Source: Candidatus Eremiobacteria bacterium (GTDB taxonomy: Bacteria; Vulcanimicrobiota; Vulcanimicrobiia; Vulcanimicrobiales; Vulcanimicrobiaceae). Taken from it: a stretch of DNA of 64,000 bases. The DNA is taken from assembly GCA_963758295.1 (NCBI GenBank), contig CAVWUU010000004.1, positions 672,001 to 736,000 on the forward strand. Direction: 5' to 3'. Positions 1 to 11,663 of the stretch are shown piece by piece. A program made the position numbers and the translations under genes. Under the pieces are notes generated by a model. It saw only the letters and a program-made list of their open reading frames with translations, had not been told where the DNA came from and searched no databases. How positions within the stretch are numbered: position 1 is the first letter of the stretch; each line of letters starts with the position of its first letter.

Positions 1-326
1 CCGCCCTTTTTGGCTGCCGATTTTTTGGCACTGGACTTCGCGCTCGTCGAGCGTCCGCCCACCGCATCTTTCAACGATTTGCCGGCAACGAACGCAGGCA
101 CTTTGCGCGCTGCGATTTTTATCTTCTCGCCGGTTTTCGGATTGCGGCCTTCGCGCGCTTTACGAGAACGTACGACGAAACTTCCAAACGGGGTGAGCGC
201 AACGCGATCGCCCTTTTGTAACGCCGTCTTGATCTCGCTCAGGATCAAGTCGACGACTTGGCCGGCCTGGCGCTTAGAGAGCTCCACTTCGGCGGCTACG
301 GCATCAACCAAATCGGCTTTCGTCAA
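1..326 (-). CDS. hup: HU family DNA-binding protein with Lys/Ala/Ser-rich C-terminal tail (runs off window)
   Basis: Manual translation from TTG at 326 (AGGAG at 336-340): MTKADLVDAVAAEVELSKRQAGQVVDLILSEIKTALQKGDRVALTPFGSFVVRSRKAREGRNPKTGEKIKIAARKVPAFVAGKSLKDAV then GGRSTSAKSSAKKSAAKKG. Not in the ORF track. Confidence 0.93.
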   Translation of the reverse strand, partial: MTKADLVDAVAAEVELSKRQAGQVVDLILSEIKTALQKGDRVALTPFGSFVVRSRKAREGRNPKTGEKIKIAARKVPAFVAGKSLKDAVGGRSTSAKSSAKKSAAKKG

Positions 327-450
327 ACTCAATTTCTCCTAGACTCGGGGCGGCATGCCGGAAGGGCAACGGGTAAAGACGCCCTCGCCGCCTGCCGGGG
401 ATATACGGAAGCAGCGAACCTGCTCCTCCCGGCAAAATGCGGGAAAAGCG

Positions 451-885
451 CTACGATTCGGGGCTTTGCGCGACCGCGCGCAGCGCCAGCGCGTAAGATC
501 GAGCACCGAAGCCGGAGATGGTGCCCCGGCAGGCCGCTGCCGTTACACTCGTGCGTCGAAACGACTCGCGGGCCGAGATATTAGAGAGGTGCACTTCGAT
601 TACCGGGATAGCGATCGAACCAATAGCATCCGCGATTGCGAAGGAATAATGCGAGTAGGCGCCCGGATTTATAACGATCGCGTCATACTGCGTTCGAGCA
701 TCTTGAATCGCTGTTACGATCGAGCCTTCGTCGTTGAATTGACTCGTGGCAACTTCCATGCCGAGCTCGCGCGCGGTAGCTCCAATGAATTGGTCTACTT
801 CAGCGAGCGTTTGAGTGCCGTAAATTTGCGGTTCACGCTCGCCGAGCAGATTGAGATTCGGTCCGTGTATCACGAGAACGCGCAT
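451..885 (-). CDS. aroQ: Type II 3-dehydroquinate dehydratase
   Basis: HGPNLNLLGEREPQIYG, INPGAYSHYS, IEVHLSNI and GFG motifs. Confidence 0.96.
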   Translation of the reverse strand: MRVLVIHGPNLNLLGEREPQIYGTQTLAEVDQFIGATARELGMEVATSQFNDEGSIVTAIQDARTQYDAIVINPGAYSHYSFAIADAIGSIAIPVIEVHLSNISARESFRRTSVTAAACRGTISGFGARSYALALRAVAQSPES

Positions 886-935
886 GCACCATCTTTCTTG
901 AAGGAAATCGCGTGGCCTTCGCTAGAGAGCGTTCT

Positions 936-1849
936 ATGCCCGATATGATCATCAGCGCCTCAGCGCCCGAAGCCGGAATTGCCATCGTCGCGGCAATTAC
1001 AACCGAACTGGTGCGAGAAGTGCGCGAGCGCCACGATTTATCGCCGACCGTGACGGCTGCAACCGGGCGACTCACAACGGGCGCGGCGCTATTTGGATCG
1101 GCGCTGAAAGGCCGCGAACGCATCACGCTGCAGATTTCGGGCGACGGACCGATCGGTTCTATCGCGGCCGACGCATGGCTTCTGGAACCCGACGTCCTAG
1201 CCACGCGTGGTTACGCGCGCAATCCGTTCGTCGATATTCCGCTCAACGAACGTGGGAAATTCGACGTCGCCGGCTCTATCGGCGCCGGTTCGTTGCAAGT
1301 CACGAAATCGTATGAAGTCGGGCCAGCCCTACGTTGGCGTCGTTCCGCTGTATTCGGGCGAAGATAGCCGAAGACATCGCCGCCTATCTGGTGCAGTCCG
1401 AACAAATTCCAAGTGTCGTCGCGCTCGGGGTTTTGGCCGATCCGGAAGGCGTCCGCGCATCCGGCGGAATTCTCGCGCAAGTGTTGCCCGGCGCCGACGA
1501 AAAGGCCGTCGCCATGCTGGAAGAACGGGCGCTGGCGATGCCGCCGGTCACGACGCTGATCGATCAGGGCGCCGATGCGCACGCCCTGCTGCACGCGCTT
1601 GCAGGCCCGCTTCCGAACTCCGCGCGCATCGCAGCATGGACATTCGGTTCGCGTGCTTGTGCTCGAAAGAAAAAGTCGAGGCCGCTTTGCTTGCCATCGG
1701 GCGGCGACGAACTGCGTCGTCTAGCCGCGGAACAGAACGAGACGGAAGCAACCTGCGAATTTTGTAAGCGCGTCTACGTCTTTACGTTAGACGAAATTCT
1801 CGCGCTAGCCGGAACTGCCGAGGGTGGCTCGGCCACCGAAGACCGTTAG
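936..1849 (+). CDS. hslO: Hsp33 redox-regulated chaperone (split over several frames by probable sequencing indels)
   Basis: HDLSPTVTAATGRL, GDGPIG, IAEDIAAYLVQSEQIPS, GGILAQVLPG; zinc site FACLCS...TCEFC. Confidence 0.9.
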
Positions 1850-2082
1850 TCTACGTGAAAGAGACGCCGTAGTTCGGGCGGCATGCGATACGGTTCGAGC
1901 CGCTGCCAATACGCTTCACGAACGCCCGCGCCGTCGTTGTAATACCACCAGCCGCACTCGCAGCGAATCGGCCGTTCACCGGGCTGCGGATAGTTATAAA
2001 CGCGCTGGCAGCGCTTGCAGGCGTACTTGCGGCCTTCGATCGGCTGCATCGACGAGGTATACGTTACCGGAGACTGCGCCAT
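1846..2082 (-). CDS. Small putative zinc-binding protein
   Basis: 78 aa with CKRC...CECG; ATG with purine-rich upstream sequence, 12 bp after the tyrS stop. Confidence 0.6.
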   Translation of the reverse strand: MAQSPVTYTSSMQPIEGRKYACKRCQRVYNYPQPGERPIRCECGWWYYNDGAGVREAYWQRLEPYRMPPELRRLFHVD

Positions 2083-2094
2083 GTGCTTTCTCTT

Positions 2095-3303
2095 TCAAGG
2101 AAGAACGCGGACGAATTTGCGCGACCCCACCGAGAGAACCGCCGGCTCTTTCGAGATCCACGATGCCTTGGGGTCGTTCACGACTATACCATCCACCTTC
2201 ACACCATTCCCCGAGATAAGTCGCTCGGCAGCGCGCTTGCTTTCAGCGAAGCCCGCCTTGACCAGTAAATCGGCCACGCGGGCCGCGTCGCCAAGGCGCA
2301 GCTCGGGGAGGTCTTGCGTGGGGATCTCCTTGCGCTGCACCGTCCGCTCGAAGTATTCACGGGCGGCTTGCGCTTCGTCGACGCCGTGGTACCGGGCCAC
2401 GATCGCTTCGGCAAGGCGCTTCTTTTCGTCCATCGGACTCACCGAACCCGATGCGAGCGCATCGCGAAGGTTGTCGGCATCGCGTTGCGACCGGAATGCC
2501 GCAAGGCGAGCGTACGTCGGCATCAAGTCGTCCGACATAGACATCAGTTTGCCGAATTGCGTTTGCGCGTCTTCCGCGATGCCGACGTAATTGCCGAGCG
2601 ATTTGCTCATCTTTTTTACGCCGTCAAGGCCCACAAGCAGCGGCACCGTCGCGCTGATTTGCGGCAGTTGATGGTGTTCTCGCTGGAAATGCCGGCCAAG
2701 CAGTAAGTTGAAGAGCTGGTCGCTGCCGCCGAGTTCAACGTCGGCTTCTACGGCAATCGAGTCGTAAGCTTGCGCGACGGGATATAGAAACTCGTGCAAC
2801 GAGATCGGCGCTCCGCCGGTGTAGCGGTTGTGAAAATCGTTACGTTCGAGCATCTGCGCGACCGTTACGTGAGAAACCAAGCGAACGAGATCCGAGAAGT
2901 TCATCTTGCCGAGCCACTCGGAATTATAGCGAATCTGCACGCGCTCGAGGTCGAGCACTTTGCCGGCCTGTTCGCGATACGTGCGCATGTTGCTTTCGAT
3001 TTGCTCGAGCGTCAGAGGCGGACGCATCGCATTGCGGCCGCTCGGGTCGCCGATGCGCGCGGTGAAATCGCCGATGATGAGCGTGACCTTGTGTCCCGCT
3101 TCGGCAAAACGCTGCAATTTTTCCAACACGACCATGAACCCCAGATGCAAATCGGGGCTCGTTGGATCGATACCGAGTTTAACGTTCAGCGGGCGGCCGA
3201 GCTTAAGCCGCTCGCGAAAGTCCTCGACCGTCTCGACATGATCGAACCCGTCGAGCAAATAGTCGACGTCGGAAAAATGCGCGCTCAGTTCATTGCAGTT
3301 CAA
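2095..3303 (-). CDS. tyrS: Tyrosine--tRNA ligase
   Basis: GIDPTSPDLHLG, IGDPSG, QAYDS, KMSKS, C-terminal S4-like domain. Confidence 0.97.
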   Translation of the reverse strand: MNCNELSAHFSDVDYLLDGFDHVETVEDFRERLKLGRPLNVKLGIDPTSPDLHLGFMVVLEKLQRFAEAGHKVTLIIGDFTARIGDPSGRNAMRPPLTLEQIESNMRTYREQAGKVLDLERVQIRYNSEWLGKMNFSDLVRLVSHVTVAQMLERNDFHNRYTGGAPISLHEFLYPVAQAYDSIAVEADVELGGSDQLFNLLLGRHFQREHHQLPQISATVPLLVGLDGVKKMSKSLGNYVGIAEDAQTQFGKLMSMSDDLMPTYARLAAFRSQRDADNLRDALASGSVSPMDEKKRLAEAIVARYHGVDEAQAAREYFERTVQRKEIPTQDLPELRLGDAARVADLLVKAGFAESKRAAERLISGNGVKVDGIVVNDPKASWISKEPAVLSVGSRKFVRVLP

Positions 3304-5672
3304 TTATCGTCACGCCGCCGGAGCCCTCGTCTTCGTGGCCGTAGCGAACGCTTTTTACGGCGGGATGGGTCCGTAAAAATTCTTGCAAGCCCCGTCCCAG
3401 CATCCCAGTGCCTTTTCCGTGGATTAGACGAAGCGGTGTATTGCCCGCAAGCATGGCCTCGTCGAGCCAACGATCGACGACGGGTTCGGCCTCAATGTAG
3501 CGTTTGCCGCGAACGTCCAGCTCGCCCATGGTGCGCGAAGCCGCCTGCATCTTCGCGTCTCCTTCGGCGGCCCGATCGCGCGAAGCTCGCCGTTGCGAAC
3601 GCGCATCGCGCTTCTCGGCAACGTTGCGCGCTCGGCGTTCCAGGTCAGCTTTCTTTACGACCGTCTTCATCGGTCCGATTGCGACTTGGACCGTATCGCC
3701 GTAATCTTCGACCACCGTACCGTCTTGCCGCAAAGAAATTATGCGGACGCGATCGCCCGGCTGCAGAGCGCCGTCCTCGACGGGCGTTTCGACCCCGCGA
3801 TCGCTTGATGCCAAGATCGCGGCGCATCTCCTGAAGCGTTTTCGAGAGCAGTTCGCTTTGTGCGTTAGTGACGCGCGGACGCGCTGCATTCGCGGCCGCG
3901 CGGCGCTGCAACTCGTGCGTGAACTCGCGAAGGCCTTGCTGCATCCGTTCCTCAGCGCGATCGGCGAATGACCGGCGCTCCACGTCCAAGCGTTCGCGCT
4001 GCTCGCGCAACGATTCGCGTTCCCCTTCGGCGGCACGGCGTTCGCGCGTCAATGCCTCACGTTCGGTTTGCATTTCGGCGGCGCGCAGCGACAATTCGTT
4101 CAACGCGGATTCGTAATCGCGTTCGCGCGTGTCGAGCAATGCTTGAGCACGGTCGACGATTTCGTGCGGGATGCCGAGCGCGTTGGCGAGCGGAAACGCG
4201 AGCGATTGGCCGGGCGCGCCGACGTCGAGTTGATACGTAGGCCGGAAGCTTTGCGGGTCGAAGCGTACGCTGGCATTTGCCACGGCGGGCGTCGCGTGAC
4301 GCGAAGAGCTTGAGTTCCGTCGCATGCGTCGTGACGACGCCGCAGGCACGCAATTCCAGCAAACGCTCGAGCATGGCGATGGCGAGAGCCGCGCCGGCCG
4401 TCGGTTCCGTGCCGCCGCCGATTTCATCGACGAGGACGAGCGTATGCGCGTCGGCGCGGTCGTAGCATTTCGCGCATGCGCTGCAAATGCGCCGAAAACG
4501 TCGACGCGTTGCCCACAATAGACTGCTCGTCGCCGATATCGGCGACGACGCAAGTGAACCGCCCGATTCGCGTGCCGGTGGAAGCCGGAATCTGCATGCC
4601 GCAATAGGTCATGCACACGAACAAGCCGACCAGCTTGAGCGCCACGGTTTTGCCGCCCATGTTCGGCCCGCTGATCACGAGCAGCCGCGTGCCGCCGTCG
4701 AGCGGAATGCGTCTGTGGAACGGCGCGATCTGCCAGCAACGGATGGCGTCCGCGCTCGATGTGGGCGATCGCCTCATCGCTCAATTCGGGCTCTATGGCG
4801 TCCATTGCGCGAGCGACTTGGGCCTTCGCAACGAGCAAATCGATCGCGGCCAGCATGTCGACGTTGCGCTCGACGGCATCGGCTTGCGCGCCGACCGCGC
4901 GCGAAAGTTCCTCGAGCACGCGCTGCACTTCGCGTTCTTCGTCCAACCGCAGCGTGCGCACGCGATTGTTCGTCTCCAAGGCAGCCAACGGTTCGACGAA
5001 AAGCGTCTGCCCCGAAGAACTTGTGTCGTGCACGATTCCCGGGAATTCGCCGGAGAACTCGGCCTTGATCGGGATCACGTAGCGGCCGTCACGAATTGTT
5101 ACGACGGCATCTTGAATGGCGTTGGCGTACTTACTGGAGCGCACCATTGTCGAAACGCGATCGCGTGCATCGTTCTGCGCGTGCACCAAACTCTTGCGAA
5201 TTCGGGCAAGCGCCGGCGACGCGCGGTCCATCACGGTTCCGCGTTCGTCGATCGCGTCCACGAGCGAACGCTGCAAGTCCCGCAGCGGCGTATACGTTGC
5301 CGTAATCGCCGCGAGCGCTTCTTGCTTTTCTTCGCGCAAGGCGTTGTAGGCGGCAGCCGCAGCAGAAATCGCATCGGCGACGGCGCGCAGATCGGTCGAG
5401 CCGAGCGTTCGTCCGACGGACGCGGCTTGGGTCAGGCCGGCGGTATCGACGGCGGGCAAAACGTGAAGGTCGGCGGAGGCGACCAGCTGCCGCACGGCCG
5501 ACGTGCGCTGTTGCTCGATACGCACACCGGCGAAGTCAAGAGACGGAAGCAGCTCCGCCGCACGGGCCCGGCCGCGTTGCGTACGCGTTGCGCCGATGAC
5601 GCGCTCCCGCACGCTTGCGAAATCAAGAGCGTCGAGAGTTCTGTCGTCGGCTAGCTGATCGTTGAGGTCCAT
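3290..5672 (-). CDS. mutS2: MutS2 family protein with C-terminal Smr domain (probable indel frameshifts)
   Basis: GIVHDTSSSGQTLFVEP, Walker A SGPNMGGKT, DIGDEQS, LVDEIGGGTEP, TTHATELK, Smr motifs LDVRG...IHGKGTG. Confidence 0.93.
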
Positions 5673-5687
5673 GCGGGCGGTGCCGGT

Positions 5688-5719
5688 ATGCACCTGTCCT
5701 TCGACAAGCTCAGGATGAC
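5688..5719 (-). repeat. Solo copy of the 32-bp REP-like palindromic repeat
   Basis: ATGCACCTGTCCTTCGACAAGCTCAGGATGAC is 31/32 identical to the reverse complement of array arm A; partial second arm GTCATGGTGA at 5783-5792. Confidence 0.9.
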
Positions 5720-5797
5720 GATGGGTTCGTCGAGATTCTGTTTCACCAGTTGGTTCGCGGGCGGATTCCGTAGCGATGCGGCGTCATGGTGACGAGG

Positions 5798-7288
5798 TTA
5801 TCCGTCGAGTTTCTGTTTCATGAGCCGATTGACGAGTTGCGGATCGGCTTTGCCTTTGCTCGCCTTCATAACTTGACCCACGAGGAAGCCCATGATATTC
5901 GTTTTTCCCGACTTATAGTCCGCAACGCTCTTCTCGTTCCCGGCGAGGACTTCGTCAACGAATTTTTCAACGGCCGCCGGATCGGACGTCTGGGCAAGGC
6001 CTTCTTTCTCAACGATCGCCTTCGGCGAGCCGTCGCCATCCCACATCCGCTGCACGAGTTCTTTGGCAATCTTCGAGTTGACGGTCTTGGCTTCGACGAG
6101 TACGATCAGCTCCGCCACGTGAGCGGGCGTGACGCGCGATTCGTACACCGCAATTCCGGTTTCGTTGGCAAGACGCGAAAGGTCGCCAAGCACGAAGTTC
6201 GTCGACTGTTGCGGATGTTTGCTTGCTGCAACCACTTCATCGAAGTACTGCGCCAACGCGACGTTGTCGATCAGCTGTGTCGCCTGTTTGACGTTGAGCC
6301 CATACTCTTTGGTGTAACGTTCGAACCGCTGCCACGGTAACTGCGGCAATTCCGCGCGAAAGCGCTCGACTAGGCCGCGATCCACTTCCAACGGCACGAG
6401 ATCCGGATCTGGAAAGTAACGATAGTCGTGAGCCTGTTCTTTGCTGCGCATCGAATGCGTGGTGCCTTTGATTTCGTCCCAGCCGCGCGTCTCTTGAACG
6501 ATCCGCTCGCTGCTTTCGACGAGAGAAATCTGCCGATCGATCTCGCTCTCGATCGCGCGATAAACGGAGCGGAACGAGTTCATGTTTTTGATTTCGGTCT
6601 TCGTGCCGAGCTCGGTCGAGCCCACCGGGCGAATCGACACGTTGGCATCGCACCGGAGCGAGCCTTCTTCCATCTTCACGTCGCTAACGCCGAGCGTGAG
6701 CAACGTGCGGCGAAGCGCTTCGAGGTAGCCTACGGCGTCCTCGGCGCTATGAATCTCCGGCTCGCCTACGCATTCCATCAGCGGAACGCCGGCGCGATTG
6801 AAGTCGACTAGCGAATAGGTGCTGCCCGCGATACGCCCGTCACCGGATCCCGCGTGCGTCGATTTTCCGGTATCTTCTTCCAGATGGATGCGTGTGAGGC
6901 GGCATTCTTTCGTCGTGCCGTCCTCGAGCCAGTACCGAACCGAGCCGCCTTGCGTCAGGGGCATGTCGTATTGCGAAATTTGGTAATCTTTCGGCATGTC
7001 CGGATAGAAGTAGTTCTTCCGGTCGAATTTGGAAAACGCGGGAATTTCGGCATTGAACGCGAGCCCGGCGCGAATCATGTGTTCGATTGCGGCCCGATTG
7101 GCAACGGGTAACGCGCCCGGAAGCGCAAGACATACCGGACACACTTTCGTGTTCGGCTCGCCGCCGAATTCATTGGCGCAGCCGCAGAACATCTTCGTTG
7201 CCGTCTTTAGTTCGACGTGGCACTCGATGCCGATGACGGCTTCGTACTTGGCGCGGATCTCCGGCGTGACTTTGGTCAGAGTTTCCAT
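5798..7288 (-). CDS. gatB: Asp/Glu-tRNA amidotransferase subunit B
   Basis: IGIECHVEL, FDRKNYFYPD, RIHLEEDTGK, DYRYFPDPDL, GFLVGQVMK; alternative GTG start at 7297. Confidence 0.97.
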   Translation of the reverse strand: METLTKVTPEIRAKYEAVIGIECHVELKTATKMFCGCANEFGGEPNTKVCPVCLALPGALPVANRAAIEHMIRAGLAFNAEIPAFSKFDRKNYFYPDMPKDYQISQYDMPLTQGGSVRYWLEDGTTKECRLTRIHLEEDTGKSTHAGSGDGRIAGSTYSLVDFNRAGVPLMECVGEPEIHSAEDAVGYLEALRRTLLTLGVSDVKMEEGSLRCDANVSIRPVGSTELGTKTEIKNMNSFRSVYRAIESEIDRQISLVESSERIVQETRGWDEIKGTTHSMRSKEQAHDYRYFPDPDLVPLEVDRGLVERFRAELPQLPWQRFERYTKEYGLNVKQATQLIDNVALAQYFDEVVAASKHPQQSTNFVLGDLSRLANETGIAVYESRVTPAHVAELIVLVEAKTVNSKIAKELVQRMWDGDGSPKAIVEKEGLAQTSDPAAVEKFVDEVLAGNEKSVADYKSGKTNIMGFLVGQVMKASKGKADPQLVNRLMKQKLDG

Positions 7289-7289
7289 C

Positions 7290-8778
7290 TTACGCACCCA
7301 CCGTGGCGAACACCGGCTTATGCACCAGCGCGTGCTTCGTCGACTGTTCGTATGCGTGCGCGGCCCCGAGCAGCAGACGCTCTTCGAAGATCGGCGCGCA
7401 CAACTGCAAGCCCATCGGCAACGGCCGGTTAGCCCCCGGCGGTGTCACCCAACCGCACGGCACGGAGAGCGCCGGCAATCCGGCAAGCGACATCGGAATC
7501 GTGTAGTAGTCCATCATGTACATGCTGTACGGATCGCTCTTGGCATTGAATTGAAACGCCGGGCGAGCTAGCGGCGGGACACGCGATCAGATCGCAGTCC
7601 GCGAAGGCCTTCTTGAAATCGTTCGCGATCAACGTACGAGCCTTCTGCGCGCGAACGTAGTAGGCGTCGTAGTAGCCACTCGAGAGCGCATACGTACCGA
7701 TGAGAATGCGCCGTTTCACTTCCGGGCCGAATCCGGCGGCACGCGTCTTCTCGTACATGTCGTGCACGTCGGCGCCGTCGACGCGTAACCCGTAGCGGAC
7801 GCCATCGAAGCGGGCAAGGTTCGAAGAACACTCGGCCGGCGCGATCAAATAGTAGGTTGCAAGCCCGTAGTCGGCCGCCGGCAAAGAAACCTCGACCAGG
7901 TCGGCACCAAGCGCTTTCAAATCTGCATACGCTTTTTCGTACAATGCATGCATCTCCGAGCCCAGTTGCTTCGTATCGAACTCGCGAACGAGCCCGATCT
8001 TCAATCCCTTCAGATTCGTACGCAAATGCGCCGCCGTCGGTTCGACTTCGCGATCGATCGACGTGGAATCCATGGTGTCCCAGCCGGCCATCGCATCGTA
8101 TGCGAGCGCCGCATCTTCGACCGTCCGGGTAAGCGGCCCGATTTGATCGAGACTCGACGCGAAGGCGATCAGTCCGTAGCGCGATACGCGTCCGTAGGTC
8201 GGTTTGAATCCGACGAGATTACAGAACGCGGCCGGTTCGCGAATGGAGCCGCCGGTATCGCTGCCCATGCCGATGGCTGCTTCAAACGCTGCAACGGCCG
8301 CTGCCGAGCCGCCGCTGGAACCGCCCGGAACGCGCGCAAGGTCGTATGGATTCTTCGTCACGCCGAGCGCCGAATTTTCGCACGAACTCCCCATCGCGAA
8401 TTCGTCCATGTTCGCTTTGCCGATCGGTACGCAGCCGGCTTCGAGCAAACGCTGGACGGCGGTTCCGGTGTATGGCGCATGCCAATTTTCGAGAATCTTA
8501 CTCCCACACGTGGTACGCGTACCGCTAAGGCACATATTGTCTTTTACTGCGAGTGGAACTCCGGCCAGCGCAAGACGTTCGCCCTTTTTCACTCGCTCGT
8601 CCACGCGTGACGCTGCTTGACGCGCTGCCTCGTGCAGAACCGTTAGATACGAACCAACTTCTCCGTCGACCGCATCTACGTGCGCGAGCATTGCATCGGC
8701 AACTTCAACCGCCGAAAGCCTACGTTCGTTGACTTCGCGCGCGACTTCGGCCGCGCTGCGCTCGATAATCTCTGCCAC
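7290..8778 (-). CDS. gatA: Asp/Glu-tRNA amidotransferase subunit A (indel near 7560)
   Basis: KDN, MDEFAMGSS, PGGSSGGSAAAV, GSDTGGSIREPA, GYYDAYY; C-terminus continues in ORF 7290..7523. Confidence 0.95.
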
Positions 8779-8786
8779 GGTGTCCT

Positions 8787-9077
8787 CTATTCAGCGATGA
8801 TGCGGGGAACGCGAAAGAAGCCGCCTTGCCGCTGCGGTGCTTCTTGCAGCACGGCTTCACGATCGAGGCACGGGCGAATTTCGTCTTCGCGCTCGACGTT
8901 GCGCGACTCAACGACTTGCGCCGTTGCGGCAACTTGCGATACATCGAGTTTGGATAGGGCGTCTACGTGTTCGAGCAGATCGCCAAGCTGCGCGCCGAAA
9001 CGCTCCACCTCATCGTCGGTGAGCGCAATGCGCGCGAGCTTAGCCACATAGCGAACGTCAATCTTCTCGGATGACAA
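8787..9077 (-). CDS. gatC: Asp/Glu-tRNA amidotransferase subunit C
   Basis: VRYVAKLARI...NVERED...FFRVPRII; TTG start at 9077 with GGAG upstream; lies directly before gatA. Confidence 0.93.
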   Translation of the reverse strand: MSSEKIDVRYVAKLARIALTDDEVERFGAQLGDLLEHVDALSKLDVSQVAATAQVVESRNVEREDEIRPCLDREAVLQEAPQRQGGFFRVPRIIAE

Positions 9078-10543
9078 AGTCGGGATACTCCGGTTGATCG
9101 GTTGCGTATTCGTCGTCGGCAGGCCAGGCGGGCGCGGGAGCGTCCAAAAACGCGTCGCGCACGACCTCTCGTGAAGCCGGGACCTCGCGGTAAAGCGTGA
9201 CCAGGGTCTCGACGTGACCCGTTTGCGGAAACATGTCGAACGGCTGCACGATGCCGAGCCGGTAACCATTGGCGGCAAGGAACTTCAAATCCCGGGCGAG
9301 CGTCGCCGGGTCGCACGAGAGATACCAGACGTACGGAACGCCGGATTCGATGACGGCCTCCAGCGTGCGCTCGTCGCTTCCCTTGCGCGGCGGATCCAAG
9401 AAGACGATGTCCGCCTGCTCCATCGCGGTCTTGGCTTCATGCGAGCGCACGATGTCCTCGACGCGGCCGGCGCGGAACCGCATGCGCGGCTGCAGCCCAT
9501 TGAGTTCCGCGTTTTCTTCGGCTTCCAGGATCGCTTGAGAGCTCTCCTCGATGCCGTAAACGTCGCAATTGTGCTTGCCGAAGAACAGCGAGAACGTTCC
9601 CGCGCCGCAGTATAAATCGATGATCTTGCGCGGTGTCTTGCAAGCCGGCGCGCATGACCGAGAAGATGCGCTCGACGATCTCGACGTTGACTTGGAAGAA
9701 CGAGCTTGCCGAGACGCGGTAACGGACGCCGGCAATTTGCTCTTCGATCTCCGGACGTCCGAAGACGAGCTGCTGACGGCGGCCCATGATGGCGTTTTCG
9801 CTGTTCGGGTCGAAAGAATTCGTGAGCCCGACCGCGCCGGGAAGCTGCGCAAGCAGCGCGGGACCGGCACGGTCGACTTCCTGCGACTGCTGCGGTGTCG
9901 TGAACGTCACGACGGCTTCGCCCGTCGCGCGGGCGTTGCGCGAAACGATATGCCGCGCTACACGAAATGCTTCGGCGGTTTCCGGTTTCTTTCGCGCCTC
10001 GTTCAAGCGCCCGATGAATTCGTCAAGTTGCGGCGTGACGATCGGACATCCGTCGATTGCCACGACGTCGTGCGAACGCTGTTTGTAGAACCCGATGGTC
10101 GGCGTGCCGCCGCGCTGTTCGACGACGAGCGACATCTTGTTGCGGTAATGGCGCGGATTGACCATGCCGATCGCGTCGCGAACGGTGACGTCGCTAAATC
10201 CGCCGATGCGCGTTAGCGCATTGCGTACCATGTCGGTTTTCCACCGCAGCTGTCCCTCGTACGCAAAATGCTGCACCTGGCAGCCGCCGCACGAACCAAA
10301 AACCGGACAGAACGGCGTGGCGCGCATCGGCGAGCGTGACGTTAACTGCAACATTTGTCCCACCGCGTACTTCGGCTTCACCGACGTGATGCGCACGCGT
10401 GCTTTTTCATGCGGCAATGGGCCAAAGCAAAAAACAACCAACCCGCTTGCACGGCCCACGGCTTGGCCGTTTGCAAGCAGGTCGGTAAAAGTCAACTCAA
10501 GTTCGGCGCCGGTCGTCAGCGCCGCGGTGGTACTACGCGGTAT
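9058..10543 (-). CDS. rlmD: 23S rRNA (uracil-C5)-methyltransferase RlmD (indel near 9640; start uncertain)
   Basis: TRAM-like N-terminus, CPVFGSCGGCQ Fe-S motif, SFFQVN, DLYCGAG, LDPPRKG, YLSCDPATLARD, DMFPQTGHVE. Confidence 0.9.
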
Positions 10544-10781
10544 GTCTCTGTTCGTCCAGTGTCTTGAGAAGCTGATTGGCTTCGTCGATGAGTTGCTGAA
10601 TGCGCTGGCTCGTAGGATCCGCCGGGCGGCTGCGCGCGAGAATTGCGCGAACGGCTGCAAAAGCAACGGCGGCACCAAGCCCCGCAACGCCTATCCATAC
10701 TAGCGTACGGGTCAAGTGTGCGCTGCCGTGCGACTCGGTTCCGTCGTATTCCGGCATGGAAGCGTTCAATGGGTCCGACAA
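10533..10781 (-). CDS. Small hypothetical membrane protein
   Basis: 82 aa; one hydrophobic segment and a C-terminal heptad-like stretch (IQQLIDEANQLLKTL); AGGAG upstream. Confidence 0.6.
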   Translation of the reverse strand: MSDPLNASMPEYDGTESHGSAHLTRTLVWIGVAGLGAAVAFAAVRAILARSRPADPTSQRIQQLIDEANQLLKTLDEQRHTA

Positions 10782-10865
10782 CGTTGTGGTCTCCTACGTT
10801 AGAATGCCAGTGGTCGTGGCTTCGATGCAGCGGAACGGTTCTTCTTCTTTCCGAAGAACCGCGCG

Positions 10866-11663
10866 ATGCAGACGTTCGCCCGGGTCCTATTTACCCTGCT
10901 GCTCTTAGGCGCTACGCCGATGCCCTCTACTGTTTCGGTACTTTATGCCGGCTCGTTGGTTACGCCGATGGAAGGGCCGGTCGCCTCGGACCTCTTGCGA
11001 GAGACCAATGTGCGCTTCTCCGGCGAGGGCCGCGGGAGCAAGGCACTCGCGAATTTTATCGGCGACGGCCTTCGCTCGCCCGACGTCTTCATAAGCGCAG
11101 ATAGCTCGCTCGTCGAAGACCTGACAAAGCGCCGGCTCGTCGCCTCTTCCGTGACGTTCGGCAACGCTTCGATGGTCGTCGGATACTCGCCGAAGTCCAC
11201 CTACGCCGCGATGTTCCGGCAGGTCCGGGCAGGCAAACGCTCCCTTGTGGATGCCCTCAAGACGCCCGGCCTGCGGATCGTTCGGACCGACCCTCAGCTG
11301 GATCCCAAGGGCGCGCGTACTATTAAGGCGATGCACTTGCTCGCTTCGCCCACCGATGTCACGGCGATCCTCGGTCCCGACGAGAATTCCGATCAGATTG
11401 CGCCGGAAGAGACCCTGCTCGTGCGGCTTGAGACCGGCGAGGCCGACGTCGGGTTTTTGTACTCCACCGAGGCCATCGCGCGAAATATTCCGTCCATCCC
11501 GTTGCCGGGCAAAGCGGCGCTCACAGACGAAATCACTTACACGCTTGCAATAATGAAGAACGCGCCGCATCCCGAAGCGGCGCAAAGCTTTGCAGACTTC
11601 ATCCTGAAGGGAGATGGCCGCGCGATTCTCGAGCGCGCCGGCATTCAATACCGAACCCCCTAA
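10866..11663 (+). CDS. Molybdate/tungstate-type ABC substrate-binding protein (ModA/WtpA-like)
   Basis: Signal peptide, YAGSL, GS-ALA, PDVFISAD, TDPQLDPKG, GEADVGFLYS, ITYTLAI. Confidence 0.8.
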   Translation: MQTFARVLFTLLLLGATPMPSTVSVLYAGSLVTPMEGPVASDLLRETNVRFSGEGRGSKALANFIGDGLRSPDVFISADSSLVEDLTKRRLVASSVTFGNASMVVGYSPKSTYAAMFRQVRAGKRSLVDALKTPGLRIVRTDPQLDPKGARTIKAMHLLASPTDVTAILGPDENSDQIAPEETLLVRLETGEADVGFLYSTEAIARNIPSIPLPGKAALTDEITYTLAIMKNAPHPEAAQSFADFILKGDGRAILERAGIQYRTP

